Shown: piece by piece, positions 1 to 11,909 of the stretch
Layout: every line of letters begins with the position of its first letter
Position numbering within the stretch: position 1 is the stretch's first letter
Origin: Heterodontus francisci
Taxonomy: Eukaryota
Assembly: GCF_036365525.1 (NCBI RefSeq)
Contig: NC_090399.1
Location: 66,334,862 to 66,398,861, forward strand
Direction: 5' to 3'
Length of the DNA: 64,000 bases
Notes under the pieces: generated by a model
What the model was told of the DNA's origin: nothing
Databases searched by the model: none
The model's input: the letters and a program-made list of their open reading frames with translations, nothing else
Position numbers and translations under genes: made by a program

Positions 1-3000
1 TTCCCTCGCTCTCAGTTCCCCCCTCACTCGTTCACTCACTATCAGTTCCCCCCTCACTCGTTCCCTCGCTCTCAGTTCCCCCTCACTCGTTCCCTCGCTC
101 ACGATTCCCCCCTCACTCGTTCACTCACTATCAGTTCCCCCCTCACTTGTTCCCTCGCTCTCAGTTCCCCCCTCACTCGTTCCCTCGCTCTCAGTTCCCC
201 CCTCACTCGTTCACTCACTATCAGTTCCCCCCTCACTCGTTCACTCACTATCAGTTCCCCCCTCACTCGTTCACTCACTATCAGTTTCCCCCTCACTCGT
301 TCCCTCGCTCTCAGTTCCCCCCTCACTCGTTCACACACTATCAGTTCCCCCCTCACTCGTTCCCTCGCTCTCAGTTCCCCCCTCACTCGTTCACTCGCTC
401 TCAGTTCCCCCCTCACTCGTTCACTCACTCTCAGTTCCCCCCTCACTCGTTCGCATCGCTCTCAGTTCCCCCCTCACTCGTTCCCTCGCTCTCAGTTCCC
501 CCCTCACTCGTTCCCTCGCTCTCAGTTCCCCCCTCACTCGTTCCCTCGCTCTCAGTTCCCCCCCTCACTCGTTCCCTCGCTCTCAGTTCCCCCCTCACTC
601 GTTCACTCGCTCTCAGTTCCCCCCTCACTCGTTCCCTCGCTCTCAGTTCCCCCCTCACTCGTTCGCTCACTCTCAGTTCCCCCCTCACTCGTTCGCTTCG
701 CTCTCAGTTCCCCCCTCACTCGTTCGCTCACTCTCAGTTCCCCCCTCACTCGTTCCCTCGCTCTCAGTTCCCCCTCACTCGTTCCCTCGCTCTCAGTTTC
801 CCCCCTCACTCGTTCCCTCGCTCTCAGTTTCCCCCCTCACTCGTTCGCTCACTCTCAGTTCCCCCCTCACTCGTTCGCTCACTCTCAGTTCCCCCCTCAC
901 TCGTTCCCAGGCTCTCAGTTCCCCCCTCACTCGTTCGCTCGCTCTCAGTTGCCCCCTCACTCGTTCCCTCGCTCTCAGTTGCCCCCTCACTCGTTCCCTC
1001 GCTCTCAGTTCCCCCCTCACTCGTTCCCTCGCTCTCAGTTCCCCCCTCACTCGTTCCCTCGCTCTCAGTTCCCCCCTCACTCGTTCCCTCGCTCTCAGTT
1101 CCCCCCACTCGTTCCCTCGCTCTCAGTTGCCCCCTCACTCGTTCCCTCGCTCTCAGTTCCCCCCTCACTCGTTCCCTCGCTCTCAGTTCCCCCCTCACTC
1201 GTTCCCTCGCTCTCAGTTCCCCCCTCACTCGTTCGCTCGCTCTCAGTTCCCCCCTCACTCGTTCGCTCGCTCTCAGTTCCCCCCTCACTCGTTCCCTCGC
1301 TCTCAGTTCCCCCCTCACTCGTTCCCTCGCTCTCAGTTCCCCCCTCACTCGTTCCCTCGCTCTCAGTTCCCCCCTCACTCGTTCCCTCGCTCTCAGTTCC
1401 CCCCTCACTCGTTCCCTCGCTCTCAGTTCCCTCCTCACTCGTTCCCTCGCACTCAGTTCCCCCCTCACTCGTTCCCAGGCTCTCAGTTCCCCCCTCACTG
1501 GTTCACTCACTCTCAGTTCCCCCCTCACTCGTTCACCCGCTCTCAGTTCCCCCCTCGCTCGTTCTCTCGCTCTCAGTTCCACCCTCGCTCATCCCCTCGC
1601 TCTCAGTTCCCCCCTCGCTCTCAGTTCCCCCCTCGCTCGTTCCCTCGCTCTCAGTTCCCCCCTCACTCGTTCCATCGCTCTCAGTTACCCCCTCACTCGT
1701 TCCCTCGCTCTCAGTTACCCCCTCACTCGTTCCTTCGCTCTCAGTTACCCCCTCACTCGTTCCCTCGCTCTCAGTTCCCCCCTCACTCGTTCACTCACTA
1801 TCAGTTCCCCCCTCACTCGTTCCCTTGCTCTCAGTTCCCCCCACACTCGTTCACACACTATCAGTTCCCCCCTCACTCGTTCCCTCGCTCTCAGTTCCCC
1901 CCTCACTCGTTCACTCACTATCAGTTCCCCCCTCACTCGTTCACTCACTATCAGTTGCCCCCTCACTCGTTCACTCACTTTCAGTTCCCCCCTCACTCGT
2001 TCACTCACTATCAGTTCCCCCCTCACTCGTTCCCTCGCTCTCAGTTCCCCCTCACTCGTTCCCTCGCTCTCAGTTACCCCCTCACTCGTTCACTCACTCT
2101 CAGTTCCCCCCTCACTCGTTCACTCACTCTCAGTTCCCCCCTCGCTCTCAGTTCCCCCCTCACTCTCAGTTCCCCCCTCACTCTCAGTTCCCCCCTCACT
2201 CGTTCGCTCACTCTCAGTTCCCCCCTCACTCGTTCGCTCACTCTCAGTTCCCCCCTCACTCGTTCGCTCACTCTCAGTTCCCTCCTCGCTCGTTCGCTCA
2301 CTCTCAGTTCCCCCCTCACTCGTTCGCTCACTCTCAGTTCCCCCCTCACTCGTTCGCTCACTCTCAGTTCCCCCCTCACTCGTTCGCTCACTCTCAGTTC
2401 CCCCCTCACTCGTCCCCTCGCTCTCAGTCCCCCCTCACCTGTTCCGTCGCTCTCAGTTCCCCGCTCACTCGTTCCCTCGCTCTCAGTTCCCCCCTCACTC
2501 GTTCTGTCGCTCTCAGTTCCCCCCTCACTCGTCCCCTCGCTCTCAGTTCCCCCCTCACTTGTTCCCTCGCTCTCAGTTCCCCCACACTCGTCCCCTCGCT
2601 CTCAGTTCCCCCCTCACCTGTTCTGTCGCTCTCAGTTCCCCCACACTCGTCCCCTCGCTCTCAGTTCCCCCCTCACTCGTCCCCTCGCTCTCAGTTCCCC
2701 CCTCACTCGTTCCCTCGCTCTCAGTTCCCCCCTCACCTGTTCTGTCGCTCTCAGTTCCCCCACACTCGTCCCCTCGCTCTCATTTCACCCCTCACTCGTT
2801 CCCTCGATCTCGATTCCCCCCTTACTCGTTCACTCACTATCAGTTCCCCTCTCACTCGTTCCCTCGCTCTCAGTTCCCCCCTCACTCGTTCCCTCGCTCT
2901 CAGTTCCCCCCTCACTCGTTCACACACTATCAGTTCCCCCCTCACTCGTTCCCTCGCTCTCAGTGCCCCCCTCACTCGTTCACTCACTATCAGTTCCCCC

Positions 3001-6000
3001 CTCACTCGTTCACTCACTATCAGTTCCCCCCTCACTCGTTCGCTCACTCTCAGTTCCCCCCTCACTCGTTCGCTCACTCTCAGTTCCCCCCTCACTCGTT
3101 CGCTCACTCTCAGTTCCCCCCTCACTCGTTCGCTCACTCTCAGTTCCCCCCTCACTCGTTCGCTCACTCTCAGTTCCCCCCTCACTCGTTCGCTCGCTCT
3201 CAGTTCCCACCTCACTCGTTCGCTCGCTCTCAGTTCCCCCCTCACTCGTTCGCTCGCTCTCAGTTCCCCCCTCACTCGTTCGCTCACTCTCAGTTCCCCC
3301 CTCACTCGTTCGCTCGCTCTCAGTTCCCCCCTCATTCATTCACTCACTCTCAGTTCCCCCCTCGCTCGTTCTCTCGCTCTCAGTTCCCCCCTCGCTCGTT
3401 CCCTCGCTCTCAGTTCCCCCCTCACTCGTTCCCGCGCTCTCAGTTCCCCCCTCACTCGTTCCCTCGCTCTCAGTTCCCCCCTCACTCGTTCCCTCGCTCT
3501 CAGTTACCCCCTCACTCGTTCACTCGCTCTCAGTTCCCCCCTCACTCGTTCACTCGCTCTCAGTTCCCCCCTCACTCGTTCACTCGCTCTCAGTTCCCCA
3601 CTCACTCGTTCCCTCGCTCTCAGTTCCCCCCTCACTCGTTCCCTCGCTCTCAGTTACCCCCTCACTCGTTCCCTCGCTCTCAGTTACCCCCTCACTCGTC
3701 CCCTCGTTCTCAGTTCCCCCCTCACTCGTTCCCTCGCTCTCAGTTCCCCCCTCACTCGTTCACACACTCTCAGTTCCCCCCTCACTCGTTCCCTCGCTCT
3801 CAGTTCCCCCCTCATTCATTCACTCACTCTCAGTTCCCCCCTCGCTCGTTCTCTCGCTCTCAGTTCCCCCCTCGCTCGTTCCCTCGCTCTCAGTTCCCCC
3901 CTCACTCGTTCCCTCGCTCTCAGTTCCCCCCTCACTCGTTCCCTCGCTCTCAGTTACCCCCTCACTCGTTCACTCGCTCTCAGTTCCCCCCTCACTCGTT
4001 CACTCGCTCTCAGTTCCCCCCTCACTCGTTCACTTCGCTCTCAGTTCCCCCCTCACTCATTCCCTCGCTCTCAGTTACCCCCTCACTCGTTCCCTCGCTC
4101 TCAGTTACCCCCTCACTCGTCCCCTCGTTCTCAGTTCCCCCCTCACTCGTTCCCTCGCTCTCAGTTCCCCCCTCACTCGTTCACACACTCTCAGTTCCCC
4201 CCTCACTCGTTCCCTCGCTCTCAGTTCCCCCCTCACTCGTTCCCTCGCTCTCAGTTCCCCCCTCACTCGTTCCCTCGCTCTCAGTTCCCCCCTCACTCGT
4301 TCCCTCGCTCTCAGTTCCCCCCTCACTCGTTCCCTCGCTCTCAGTTCCCCCCTCACTCGTTCACATCACTATCAGTTCCCCCCTCACTCGTTCCCTCGCT
4401 CTCAGTTCCCCCACTCGTTCCCTCGCTCACGATTCCCCCCTCACTCGTTCACTCACTATCAGTTCCCCCCTCACTCGTTCCCTCGCTCTCAGTTCCCCCC
4501 TCACTCGTTCCCTCGCTCTCAGTTCCCCCCTCACTCGTTCACACACTATCAGTTCCCCCCTCACTCGTTCCCTCGCTCTCAGTGCCCCCCTCACTCGTTC
4601 ACTCACTATCAGTTCCCCCTCACTCGTTCACTCACTATCAGTTCCCCCCTCACTCGTTCACTCACTATCAGTTCCCCCCTCACTCGTTCCCTCGCTCTCA
4701 GTTCCCCCCTCACTCGTTCCCTCGCTCTCAGTTACCCCCTCACTCGTTCACTCACTCTCAGTTCCCCCCTCACTCGTTCGCTCGCTCTCAGTTCCCCCCT
4801 CACTCGTTCGCTCGCTCTCAGTTCCCCCCTCACTCGTTCGCATCGCTCTCAGTTCCCCCCTCACTCGTTCCCTCGCTCTCAGTTCCCCCCTCACTCGTTC
4901 CCTCGCTCTCAGTTCCCCCCTCACTCGTTCCCTCGCTCTCAGTTCCCCCCTCACTCGTTCCCTCACTCTCAGTTCCCCCCTCACTCGTTCCCTCACTCTC
5001 AGTTCCCCCCTCACTCGTTCACTCACTATCAGTTCCCCCCTCACTCGTTCACTCACTCTCAGTTCCCCCCTCACTCGTTCACTCACTCTCAGTTCCCCCC
5101 TCACTCGTTCGCTCGCTCTCAGTTCCCCCCTCACTCGTTCGCTCACTCTCAGTTCCCCGCTCACTCGTTCCCTCGCTCTCAGTTCCCCCTCACTCGTTCC
5201 CTCACTCTCAGTTCCCCCCTCACTCGTTCACTCACTATCAGTTCCCCCCTCACTCGTTCACTCACTCTCAGTTCCCCCCTCACTCGTTCACTCACTCTCA
5301 GTTCCCCCCTCACTCGTTCGCTCGCTCTCAGTTCCCCCCTCACTCGTTCGCTCACTCTCAGTTTCCCCCTCACTCGTTCCCTCGCTCTCAGTTCCCCCTC
5401 ACTCGTTCCCTCGCTCTCAGTTTCCCCCCTCACTCGTTCGCTCACTCTCAGTTCCCCCTCACTCGTTCGCTCACTCTCAGTTCCCCCCTCACTCGTTCGC
5501 TCACTCTCAGTTCCCCCCTCACTCGTTCACTCACTATCAGTTCCCCCCTCACTCGTTCACTCACTATCAGTTCCCCCCTCACTCGTTCCCAGGCTCTCAG
5601 TTCCCCCCTCACTCGTTCCCTCGCTCTCAGTTCCCCCCTCACTCGTTCCCTCGCTCTCAGTTCCCCCCTCACTCGTTCCCTCGCTCTCAGTTCCCCCCTC
5701 ACTCGTTCCCTCGCTCTCAGTTCCCCCCTCACTCGTTCCCTCGCTCTCAGTTCCCCCCTCACTCGTTCCCTCGCTCTCAGTTCCCCCCTCACTCGTTCCC
5801 ACGCTCTCAGTTCCCCCCTCACTCGTTCCCACGCTCTCAGTTCCCCCCTCACTCGTTCGCTCGCTCTCAGTTCCCCCCTCACTCGTTCGCTCGCTCTCAG
5901 TTCCCCCCTCACTCGTTCCCTCGCTCTCAGTTCCCCCCTCACTCGTTCCCTCGCTCTCAGTTCCCCCCTCACTCGTTCCCTCGCTCTCAGTTCCCCCCTC

Positions 6001-9000
6001 ACTCGTTCCCTCGCTCTCAGTTCCCCCCTCACTCGTTCCCTCGCTCTCAGTTCCCCCTCACTCGTTCCCTCGCTCTCAGTTCCCCCCTCACTCGTTCCCT
6101 CGCTCTCAGTTACCCCCTCACTCGTTCCCTCGCTCTCAGTTCCCCCCTCACTCGTTCCCTCGCTCTCAGTTCCCCCCTCACTCGTTCCCTCGCTCTCAGT
6201 TCCCCCCTCACTCGTTCCCTCGCTCTCAGTTCCCTCCTCACTCGTTCCCTCGCACTCAGTTCCCCCCTCACTCGTTCCCAGGCTCTCAGTTCCCCCCTCA
6301 CTCGTTCGCTCACTCTCACTTCCCCCGTCACTGGTTCACTCACTCTCAGTTCCCCCCTCACTCGTTCACCCGCTCTCAGTTCCCCCCTCGCTCGTTCACC
6401 CGCTCTCAGTTCCCCCCTCGCTCGTTCTCTCGCTCTCAGTTCCCCCCTCGCTCGTTCCCTCGCTCTCAGTTCCCCCCTCGCTCATCCCCTCGCTCTCAGT
6501 TCCCCCCTCGCTCTCAGTTCCCCCCTCGCTCGTTCCCTCGCTCTCAGTTCCCCCCTCACTCGTTCCCTCGCTCTCAGTTACCCCCTCACTCGTTCCATCG
6601 CTCTCAGTTACCCCCTCACTCGTTCCCTCGCTCTCAGTTACCCCCTCACTCGTTCCCTCGCTCTCAGTTACCCCCTCACTCGTTCCCTCGCTCTCAGTTA
6701 CCCCCTCACTCGTTCCCTCGCTCTCAGTTCCCCCTCACTCGTTCACTCGCTCTCAGTTCCCCCCTCACTCGTTCCCTCGCTCTCAGTTACCCCCTCATTC
6801 GTCCCCTCGTTCTCGATTCCCCCCTCACTCGTTCACTCACTATCAGTTCCCCCCTCACTCGTTCCCTCGCTCTCAGTTCCCCCCTCACTCGTTCACACAC
6901 TATCAGTTCCCCCCTCACTCGTTCCCTCGCTCTCAGTTCCCCCCTCACTCGTTCACTCACTATCAGTTCCCCCCTCACTCGTTCACTCACTTTCAGTTCC
7001 CCCCTCACTCGTTCACTCACTATCAGTTCCCCCCTCACTCGTTCCCTCGCTCTCAGTTCCCCCTCACTCGTTCCCTCGCTCTCAGTTACCCCCTCACTCG
7101 TTCACTCACTCTCAGTTCCCCCCTCACTCGTTCACTCACTCTCAGTTCCCCCCTCGCTCTCAGTTCCCCCCTCGCTCTCAGTTCCCCCCTCACTCTCAGT
7201 TCCCCCCTCACTCTCAGTTCTCCCCTCACTCGTTCGCTCACTCTCAGTTCCCCCCTCACTCGTTCGCTCACTCTCAGTTCTCCCCTCACTCGTTCGCTCA
7301 CTCTCAGTTCCCCCCTCACTCGTTCGCTCGCTCTCAGTTCCCCCCTCACCTGTTCCGTCGCTCTCAGTTCCCCCCTCACTCGTTCCCTCGCTCTCAGTTC
7401 CCCCCTCACTCGTTCTGTCGCTCTCAGTTCCCCCCTCACTCGTTCCCTCGCTCTCAGTTCCCCCCTCACTCGTTCCCTCGCTCTCAGTTCCCCCCTCACC
7501 TGTTCTGTCGCTCTCAGTTCCCCCCTCACTCGTTCCCTCGCTCTCAGTTCCCCCCTCACTCGTTCTGTCGCTCTCAGTTCCCCCCTCACTCGTCCCCTCG
7601 CTCTCAGTTCCCCCCACACTCGTCCCCTCGCTCTCAGTTCCCCCCACACTTGTTCCCTCGCTCTTAGTTCCCCCCTCACCCGTTCACACGCTCTCAGTTC
7701 CCCCCTCACTCGTTCACTCACTATCAGTTCCCCCCTCACTCGTCCCCTCGCTCTCATTTCACCCCTCACTCGTTCCCTCGCTCTCAGTTCCCCCCTCACT
7801 CGTTCCCTCGCTCTCAGTTCCCCCCTCACTCGTTCACACACTATCAGTTCCCCCCTCACTCGTTCCCTCGCTCTCAGTGCCCCCCCTCACTCGTTCACTC
7901 ACTATCAGTTCCCCCCTCACTCGTTCACTCACTATCAGTTCCCCCCTCACTCGTTCCCTCGCTCTCAGTTCCCCCCTCACTCGTTCGCTCACTCTCAGTT
8001 CCCCCCTCACTCGTTCGCTCGCTCTCAGTTCCCCCCTCACTCGTTCGCTCGCTCTCAGTTCCCCCCTCACTCGTTCGCTCACTCTCAGTTCCCCCCTCAC
8101 TCGTTCGCTCACTCTCAGTTCCCCCCTCACTCGTTCCCTCGCTCTCAGTTCCCCCCTCACTCGTTCCCTCGCTCTCAGTTCCCCCCTCACTCGTTCCCTC
8201 GCTCTCAGTTCCCCCCTCACTCGTTCCCTCGCTCTCAGTTCCCCCCTCACTCGTTCCCTCGCTCTCAGTTTCCCCCCTCACTCGTTCGCTCACTCTCAGT
8301 TCCCCCCTCACTCGTTCGCTCACTCTCAGTTCCCCCCTCACTCGTTCACTCACTATCAGTTCCCCCCTCACTCGTTCCCAGGCTCTCAGTTCCCCCCTCA
8401 CTCGTTCGCTCGCTCTCAGTTCCCCCCTCACTCGTTCCCTCGCTCTCAGTTCCCCCCTCACTCGTTCCCTCGCTCTCAGTTCCCCCCTCACTCGTTCGCT
8501 CACTCTCAGTTCCCCCCTCACTCGTTCCCACGCTCTCAGTTCCCCCCTCACTCGTTCGCTCGCTCTCAGTTCCCCCCTCACTCGTTCGCTCGCTCGCAGT
8601 TCCCCCCTCACTCGTTCCCTCGCTCTCAGTTCCCCCCTCACTCGTTCCCTCGCTCTCAGTTCCCTCCTCACTCGTTCCCTCGCACTCAGTTCCCCCCTCA
8701 CTCGTTCCCAGGCTCTCAGTTCCCCCCTCACTCGTTCGCTCACTCTCACTTCCCCCCTCACTCGTTCGCTCGCTCTCAGTTCCCCCCTCGCTCGTTCACA
8801 CCGCTCTCAGTTCCCCCCTCGCTCGTTCTCTCGCTCTCAGTTCCCCCCTCGCTCGTTCCCTCGCTCTCAGTTCCACCCTTGCTCATCCCCTCGCTCTCAG
8901 TTCCCCCCTCGCTCTCAGTTCCCCCCTCACTCGTTCACCCGCTCTCAATTCCCCCCTCACTCGTTCACTTCGCTCTCAGTTCCCCCCTCACTCGTTCCCT

Positions 9001-10970
9001 CTCTCTCAGTTCCCCCCTCACTCGTCCCCTTGCTCTCAGTTCCCCCCTCACTCGTCCCCTTGCTCTCAGTTCCCCCCTCACTCGTTCCCTCTCTCTGTTC
9101 CCCCCTCACTCGTTCCCTCGCTCTCAGTTCCCCCCTCACCTGTTCAGTCGCTCTCAGTTCCCCCCTCACTCGTTCCCTCACTCTCAGTTACCCCCTCACT
9201 CACTCACTCACTCTCAGTTCCCCCCTCACTCGTTCGCTCGCTCTCAGTTCCCCCTCACTCGTTCTCAGTTCCCCCCTCACTCGTTCCCTCGCTCTCAGTT
9301 CCCCCCTCACTCGTTCCCTCTCTCACAGTTCCCCCCTCACTCGTTCACTCACTCTCAGTTCCCCCCTCACTCGTTCACTCACTCTCAGTTCCCCCCTCAC
9401 TCGTTCACTCACTCTCAGTTCCCCCCTCACTCGTTCACTCACTCTCATTTCCCCCCTCACTCGTTCACTCACTCTCAGTTCCCCCCTCACTCGTTCACTC
9501 ACTCTCAGTTCCCCCCTCACTCGTTCACTCACTGTCATTTCCCCCCTCACCCCTTCACTCACTCTCATTTCCCCCCTCACTCGTTCACTCACTCTCAGTT
9601 CCCCCCTCACTCGTTCACTCACTCTCAGTTCCCCTCTCACTCGTTCACTCACTCTCAGTTCCTCTCTCACTCCTTCACTCACTCTCAGTTCCCCCCTCAC
9701 TTGTTCACTCACTCTCAGTTCCCCCCTCACTCCTTCACTCACTCTCAGTTCCCCCCTCACTCGTTCCCTTGCTCTCAGTTCCCCCCTCACTCGTTCCCTC
9801 TCTCACAGTTCCCCCCTCACTCGTTCACTCACTCTCAGTTCCCCCCTCACTCTTTCACTCACTCTCATTTCCCCCCTCACTCGTTCACTCACTCTCAGTT
9901 CCCCCCTCACTCGTTCACTCACTGTCATTTCCCCCCTCACTCGTTCGCTCACTCTCTGTTCCCCCCTCACTCTTTCACTCACTCTCATTTCCCCCCTCAC
10001 TCGTTCACTCACTCTCAGTTCCCCCCTCACTCGTTCACTCACTGTCATTTCCCCCCTCACCCCTTCACTCACTCTCATTTCCCCCCTCACTCGTTCACTC
10101 ACTCTCAGTTCCCCCCTCACTCGTTCACTCGCTCTCAGTTCCCCCCTCACTCGTTCACTCGCTCTCAGTTCCCCCCTCACTCGTTCACACGCTCTCAGTT
10201 CCCCCCTCACTCGTTCCCTCGCTCTTAGTTCCCCCCTCACTCGTTCCCTCGCTCTCAGTTCCCCCCTCACTCGTTCACTCGCTCTCAGTTCCCCCCTCAC
10301 TCGTTCCCTCGCTCTCATTTCCCCCCTCACCCCTTCACTCACTCTCAGTTCCCCCCTCACTCGTTCACTCACTCTCAGTTCCCCCCTCACTCGTTCACTC
10401 ACTCTCAGTTCCCCTCTCACTCCTTCACTCACTCTCAGTTCCCCTCTCACTCCTTCACTCACTCTCAGTTCCCCCCTCACTCCTTCACTCACTCTCATTT
10501 CCCCCCTCACTCCTTCACTCTCATTTCCCCCCTCACTCCTTCACTCACTCTCAGTTTCTCCCTCACTCGTTCACTCACTCTCAGTTCCCCCCTCACTCGT
10601 TCACTCACTCTCAGTTCCCCTCTCACTCCTTCACTCACTCTCAGTTCCCCTCTCACTCCTTCACTCACTCTCAGTTCCCCCCTCACTCCTTCACTCACTC
10701 TCATTTCCCCCCTCACTCCTTCACTCTCATTTCCCCCCTCACTCCTTCACTCACTCTCAGTTTCTCCCTCACTCCTTCACTCACTCTCAGTTCCCCCCTC
10801 ACTCCTTCACTCACTCTCAGTTCCCCCCTCACTCCTTAACTCACTCTCAGTTTATCCCTCACTCGTTCACTCACTCTCAGTTACCCCCCTCCCTCCTTCA
10901 CTCACTCTCAGTTCCCCCCTCACTCCTTCACTCACTCTCAGTTCCCCCCTCACTCTCAGTTACTCCCCTC
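1..10970. repeat. 30-bp minisatellite in MHC intron 3 (ctcagttcccccctcactcgttccctcgct), about 365 copies, runs off the window start
   Basis: 30-nt periodicity is directly visible. The + strand is C/T-rich. This array explains the multi-thousand-aa ORFs. Confidence 0.98.
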
Positions 10971-10974
10971 ACTC

Positions 10975-11250
10975 ACCCTCTCCTCCTCCGTCACAGTCCG
11001 TTCCCTCATTCACTCACTCACCTTCACCCTCACTCCACCTCCCCCTCAATCACTCTCACTCTCTCCTCCTCCGTCACTGTCCCTTCCCTCATTCACTCAC
11101 TCACCTTCACCCTCACTCCACCTCCCCCTCAATCAATCTCACTCTCTCCTCCTCCGTCACAGTCCGTTCCCTCATTCATTCACTCACCTTCACCTTCACC
11201 CTCACTCCACCTCCCCCTCAATCCCTCTCACTCTCTCCCCTCACTCACTC
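10975..11250. repeat. About 3 copies of an ~85-bp CT-rich unit next to the exon 3 donor
   Basis: ctcctcctccgtcac...tcaccttcaccctcactccacctccccctcaatc recurs three times. Confidence 0.8.
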
Positions 11251-11258
11251 TCACTCAC

Positions 11259-11531
11259 CGGGTCTCAGTTCTCTTTCTCCCAGTTTCAGGTATTTCTTCA
11301 GCCACTCGATGCAGATTCCCTCCAGGTAACCCTTCACCTGCTGGCCCAGGGCCTTGTTCTGATCCCACTTGTTCTTGGTGATCTCTCCCCAGGTGAGCGG
11401 GGTCACCCACACCATGTTCTCCTTGTCGAAGTTGATATAATCTTTCCCGTCCCAGCCGTACTGGAAAAACCCCCCGGTGCTGCCGTCATCCCGCAGTTCA
11501 CAGCCGTACATGATCTGCCAGGTGTGTATCC
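11259..11531 (-). CDS. UAA: MHC class I exon 3, alpha2 domain (GIHTWQIMYGCELRDDG...TKNKW...GYLEGICIEWLKKYLKLGERELRP)
   Basis: 273 nt with acceptor cattaacag| and donor G|GTGAGT, after a 117-nt intron 2. Contains both alpha2 cysteines, DGKDY, and the T143/K146/W147, Y159, W167 and Y171 equivalents. Confidence 0.97.
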
Positions 11532-11648
11532 CTGTTAATGAGAGAGAATCACATCCCAGATCACTGGATCATTCAATCCCCATTCCCACATTCCCCACAT
11601 CCCCCATTCCCGGACTGATCCCGGGTGATGAGACTGAGAGACACTCAC

Positions 11649-11909
11649 CGGCAGACTGGTTAGTCCGCTCCGTCAGGATCTGAATAGCGACCTTCCCGCC
11701 CTGCTCCCAGCCCAGCGCGATCTGTGTCTGCTGCTCCCAGTAATCCGGACCCTGAGTCTCCGCCATCCACCTCTGCCGAGGCATCATCTTCTTCTGATCA
11801 CTGTTATACTGAACAAACTCCATCTCATCCACATAACCGACCACAACAAACTCCGGGAGACCGGGAATCGGGGTCATTGAGGTGTAGAAATACCGCAGAG
11901 AGTGAGAAT
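11649..11909 (-). CDS. UAA: MHC class I exon 2, alpha1 domain (DSHSLRYFYTSMTPIPGLPEFVVVGYVD...GPDYWEQQTQI...ERTNQSA)
   Basis: 261 nt bounded by the acceptor tgtgtttcag| and the donor G|GTGAGT, phase 1 at both ends. Carries the class I hallmarks SHSLRYF, PEF..VGYVD, DYW (Y59), R84 and an N-Q-S glycosylation site. Confidence 0.97.

Noticed and set aside
147-11381. Giant ORFs of 783-3296 aa in all three + frames
   Set aside because: The 30-bp unit lacks stops on the + strand. The peptides switch frame at indels, and the ORFs are antisense within an MHC intron.
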